Part shown: positions 37,214 to 41,095 of the stretch, piece by piece | How positions within the stretch are numbered: position 1 is the stretch's first letter | How the letters are laid out: every line of letters begins with the position of its first letter | From: Catajapyx aquilonaris | Lineage: Eukaryota | Length of the DNA: 41,095 nt | Assembly (NCBI GenBank): GCA_000934665.2 | Contig: KZ538902.1 | Location: 1 to 41,095, forward strand | Reading direction: 5' to 3' | Notes under the pieces: generated by a model | What the model was told of the DNA's origin: nothing | Seen by the model: only the letters and a program-made list of their open reading frames with translations | Databases searched by the model: none | Made by a program: the position numbers and the translations under genes

Positions 37214-38966
37214 ATCTGGAACTATTGTGATTTATTAACAGACATTAGATTATGTGCTGGAAGAGCATAATTAATAATTACTTTTTTACTGATTGTGAAT
37301 GAAAAGGTCATTTACAGGACCTCCTGACTGCACCTGTCTCTTATTTGGGATTCTGTAGGCCAGCAAAATGATGCTAGCGCCACCTGAGAGTGACTGAGGG
37401 GAAGATTACCATCCAAGATGCAGATTATGCATCTTATACTGTAAGGTAGCAGATAATAATTGTGGCAAGGTTGATTGACATATTTGGCGGTCCATGAGAA
37501 TCCTTGCCAGAGTACGGGAAAGGGTCAGGGTCGCAGTATTTAATTTTGGTCGGTGCATCAGCCTGGTGTCCTTGATGCATATGGGAAGCAGTGAGACATG
37601 ACATGAGCTGTAAGAGAGAGATTTATATTATAGTGTGCATCTCTCTCCCTCCCAGCAGATGATAGCAGCAGTCCAGGCCTAGAACAACAGTTGGCAGCAG
37701 CAGCTTCTCCCTCCCGCCACCTGCCCCCCTACCCCTCAACCCCGTCCCTCCCACAGAGATTTTTTTTTTCTTCCTTCCCCCCACCGCTCTCCCCAGCCCA
37801 CCCCCTCCCTCCCTCGCCCTCCCCAGAGTCCCAGCCCGCCTCCTTCCTTCCTTCCTTCCTTTGGGGGCAGCAGCAGTATTCTCTTCCCACCCGAGGCAGG
37901 GAAGCAAAGGAGCCCTCAACTCCACACAAGCAAGCCCAGCTCAGGAGAAGGGTGGGGAAGCCTTGGACTCCATTTTGGCCCGGTCTCTGCCTGGTTGTGT
38001 GTGTGTACCCGCTGCCCCTCTGCATTTTTTCCCCCCCAACTCCCTTTTGTTCTGCCTTCCTCCCGCCCAATCCACCCACTGCCTGCACTTCCACAAGAGT
38101 CGGCCTGGAGAAGGAAGGAGGCCTCTTGACAGCACCAGGAGAGCCATTCCCAGCCACCCACTGAATGCAAACAGACATGGATTTGGGATACGCCTAGTCT
38201 CAGGGGTGAGTAGGTCCTTGCAGCTCCAGAGAGGGGGCACAGACCTCCTATCAGGCTATAGCACCAGGAGGTATAAGTGATGGGGTTATTGCCATGGTGT
38301 CTGGGAGGGCATGCAGTGTCGCTTGCACAAACACACAGGGATGCTGGAGGGAAGGGTGGGAGGAGGTGCCAGCTCCATCGAAATTGTGCTACCTGATAGG
38401 TGTGGCTCCTTTTCTAATATTTGGGCTCACGAGTCTCCCTTCCCAGCGTACGAGATTGTGCCTATTGCAACATGAAACAGTTCAAATGGGAAGATTAGCT
38501 TCTGCAGGCCTCTGCATTTGCATTTGTTAGGTAGGTTTTGAGCAGCATTGCATGCTATTCAAGCCAATGAAGCTTTTAATTTATGCTGCCTCTGATATGG
38601 AAAGGTATTGATCCGTGTGGAGTGAGGAGAACAAGTTTATACCCTAGAATTTGTTCATTTGTCACTGGGCTGTCCCCCAACTCTCTCCTCCTCACATCCT
38701 CCAGCCAGGCCCTATTTTCCTGTTATTACCAAGAGCAGTTCCCAAATCATGTTCCAGCAGCATGTAATGGAGATGCGCACAGCAGAAATCTGAGTGCTGC
38801 ATGTAACCATAATGGTGAGATGGGAGAGTGCATATCACAATTTTGGGCTGCAATATACATGAATCTAGTATGGATGTGACTCTTGCCCCAATCACCATTT
38901 CGGTGCCAGCTGCTTCTCTTACAACCAAATCCGGAAATTAGATTTAGCTACTCCATGATAGAAGTA

Positions 38967-39382
38967 AGTTGTAAGTTGTAAGTTGTTTATTTCCGTTACA
39001 CTTCCTGTGTTTCCAGGAGTCTGCTCTGTTATACTCATACATCAGCTTTCGCTGCTATTCATTTCATTACAATACAATGTCGCATAACTTAAGCTACTTT
39101 ACAATCGCTACATAAAATTATACAGAATTTGTATGGCCTGTAGTGGCATTGATCCAAATAAAGTATGCACTTTATCCTTTGGTACCTTGGGAATTTGTAT
39201 TAAGTTGGTCATCCTTATTGATTTGAAAAAGGGGCATTCATATATTATATGGTATATTGACCAATCCTCGTCATAATTGCGTAAGGTGCATGTCATCTCT
39301 AGTGGAAAGCTCATTTTATACTCTCTTACATAACATACTAATGATAAATTTCTAAGGTTTACTAATTAATTGAACCATTGGT
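38967..39382 (-). mobile_element. 5'-truncated non-LTR retrotransposon (LINE 3' end)
   Basis: 15-bp TSD TCCATGATAGAAGTA at 38952-38966 and 39383-39397; minus-strand tail AATAA followed by (ACAACTT)3; peptide CTLRN...IYHIIYECPFFKSIR matches a decayed C-terminal CCHC knuckle of LINE ORF2. Confidence 0.85.
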
Positions 39383-39422
39383 TCCATGATAGAAGTACTT
39401 TTCATCAAATCATCTTGCACTT

Positions 39423-39763
39423 TTTTTTTATATATAATTGGGTGTAGGCGTACCCCTATTGGGGTCTTGCCGGACCTTTATTATTAATCATCAACTACAA
39501 CTGGTTCCTATTTATATAGCGCCCGGGCCCACGGGCAGGAAGGGATGACAGGAGGGGATGTGCAAGTGCAGTGCCTTGTCCGCATGTGGTCATTTTGTGA
39601 GCTCCCCCGGGTGGATTAGTCTGTGGATATTCCACCCGAGACGAAGTCAGAGACGACACTTTACTCTGCACGAGATGAAGGGGGTGTCCCCGGGTTGGGA
39701 TCGAACCCGGGACCTTAACATCCGTGGGCGCGAACGTTACCGTTGTGCCACTTCGCCTCCCCC
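39423..39763 (-). mobile_element. tRNA-derived SINE, full length
   Basis: Minus-strand A box TGGCACAACGG and B box GGTTCGATCCC; A-tail; 15-bp TSD AATCATCTTGCACTT at 39408-39422 and 39764-39778. Confidence 0.92.
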
Positions 39764-39911
39764 AATCATCTTGCACTTCAAATAGAGCAAATAGTTATAA
39801 TGCATTTTAAAATAAGTATTTAACGAAGTGTGGGACCTGTGTAATTTTTAGCTGTTGGACATGCGTATAGGGACCTGTGATAGGTGCAGTCTCCCATATT
39901 AAGTTGGTGGT

Positions 39912-40185
39912 ACCGAAGCAGGTTGGTGTAGTGGTTAAGGAGTCCGACTGCTAATCGGGAGGTCCTGGGTTTGATTCCCAGGGCCGGCAACCCTGACCGT
40001 GGTTTTCTGTGGTTTTCCACGGTCCCCACAGGATAATTCCATATAATAGGCCACAGCCGCTTCCTTCCCTATCCTTGGCCCTACCCATGTGTGAAGAAAA
40101 GGGTCAGAAAAATTGAATGGTCCCCCCTAATGGAGCGCCAATTCTCCCAATGGGTAAATATAAATTTAGAAATATAATAAAATAA
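39912..40185 (+). mobile_element. tRNA-derived SINE of a second family, full length
   Basis: A box TGGTGTAGTGG (39924-39934), B box GGTTTGATTCC (39968-39978), core GTGGTTTTCTGTGGTTTTCC...GGCCACAGCCGCTTCCTTCC, A/T-rich tail; 16-bp TSD ATATTAAGTTGGTGGT at 39896-39911 and 40186-40201. Confidence 0.93.
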
Positions 40186-41095
40186 ATATTAAGTTGGTGG
40201 TTCCACTTACAAAGTGACATAACCACCCCTAAGCATGAAGAGCAGGACTGCGTGTTGGGTTAAATGGCAAAAAAGGTAACCTGATGTCACTTAATACCAC
40301 TGATTACTTAACCTAATGGCATGATGTGATATGAGCTTATTACATGAAGACCATACCACCTACTGACCACACCTGTCCAGATGAATTGAAGCCCGAGTCA
40401 CCTGTAAAGCATATCATACTGGTAGGAGCTTGATGCCAGACTGACTGAGAGTGACACTGGAGTAGGGAGGATTCATCTGATCATGATGTCATGCTGATGA
40501 ATTGTAACAATAGTGGTACCTGAAATTTAGCTACAAATTTATTGAAAATTTACATTTGTGGGAGGGAAAACATCTTGGGAGGTGGGGAGGGGGGGGCCTA
40601 TCCCTGTGTGACATTGTGCATTGGGGTAGTGAGGATTAGAAAGAGAGAGAAAAGCTGTTACCTGATCAACAATTCAGTTCTAACGAGTGAGTTGTGAATT
40701 AAAGTTGTGACGGTGGTTCACTCAGGAAAACCAGTGTTTTGTCGGAGGCCAAGCACAAACTAGGTGATACCACCACTATCTGTCAGGCTAAAAAGTTTCA
40801 GGAACAGGATATGCATCCAGCCATGCATTACCAAGTTTAGAATTAGTGTCTCCAAGTGCATGTTTTTTGAGTGCCATATTTGTGGGACTTGCTACCAATT
40901 TTCTCCCATGTGGGCCAATCGCATCCATTGTTGAAAATTTTCAGTGGGATCAATGAAAAAGACATGCTGTCCTCCTCTTATTGAAATGGAAGAGTTGAAT
41001 TTTGCATTACGAGTTGGCATCTTGGGTCAATATAAAAGGCTATGGTATTGGGTCAGAGTTGAAAAATTAATCTCTTGGTATGGAAGGGGGGGGGG

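Noticed and set aside
37623..38280. Six overlapping long ORFs
   Set aside because: Explained by high GC and low complexity; no codon-like or domain signal.
39912..39990. tRNA-Ser(GCT)-like gene (and tRNA-like head at 39690-39763)
   Set aside because: No proper acceptor stem, short variable arm, and both continue into SINE bodies with tails and TSDs.
40370..40520. Minus-strand exon candidate after TTTCAG acceptor at ~40520
   Set aside because: All three frames hit stops within ~16 codons.

Overview
Eukaryotic, AT-rich genomic DNA, most consistent with an insect of the large-genome hemimetabolous type (inferred from the SINE/MITE repertoire and patchy CpG depletion). Most ORFs in the supplied track are spurious. 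The main content is one 7-coding-exon + strand gene (10119-32145), reconstructed by hand from phase-compatible GT-AG junctions; one exon (11400-11545) is missing from the ORF track. It encodes a ~390-aa type I membrane protein: signal peptide, one fibronectin type III domain carrying RGDS, an isolated ZP-N-like domain with no ZP-C, an acidic/Pro linker, a TM helix and an acidic cytoplasmic tail. Around it are non-autonomous DNA transposons with intact TIRs and TSDs (hAT/P-type, piggyBac-type), a cluster of three retroposon insertions with TSDs (a truncated LINE and two tRNA-derived SINEs), microsatellites and three long near-perfect palindromes. The 3' UTR has two adjacent stem-loops. TA-x-TA motifs resembling transposon excision footprints are in excess. 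The right end is CpG-poor and may hold the last exon of a convergent gene. I found no evidence of a prokaryotic-type system, CRISPR array, rRNA or true tRNA.
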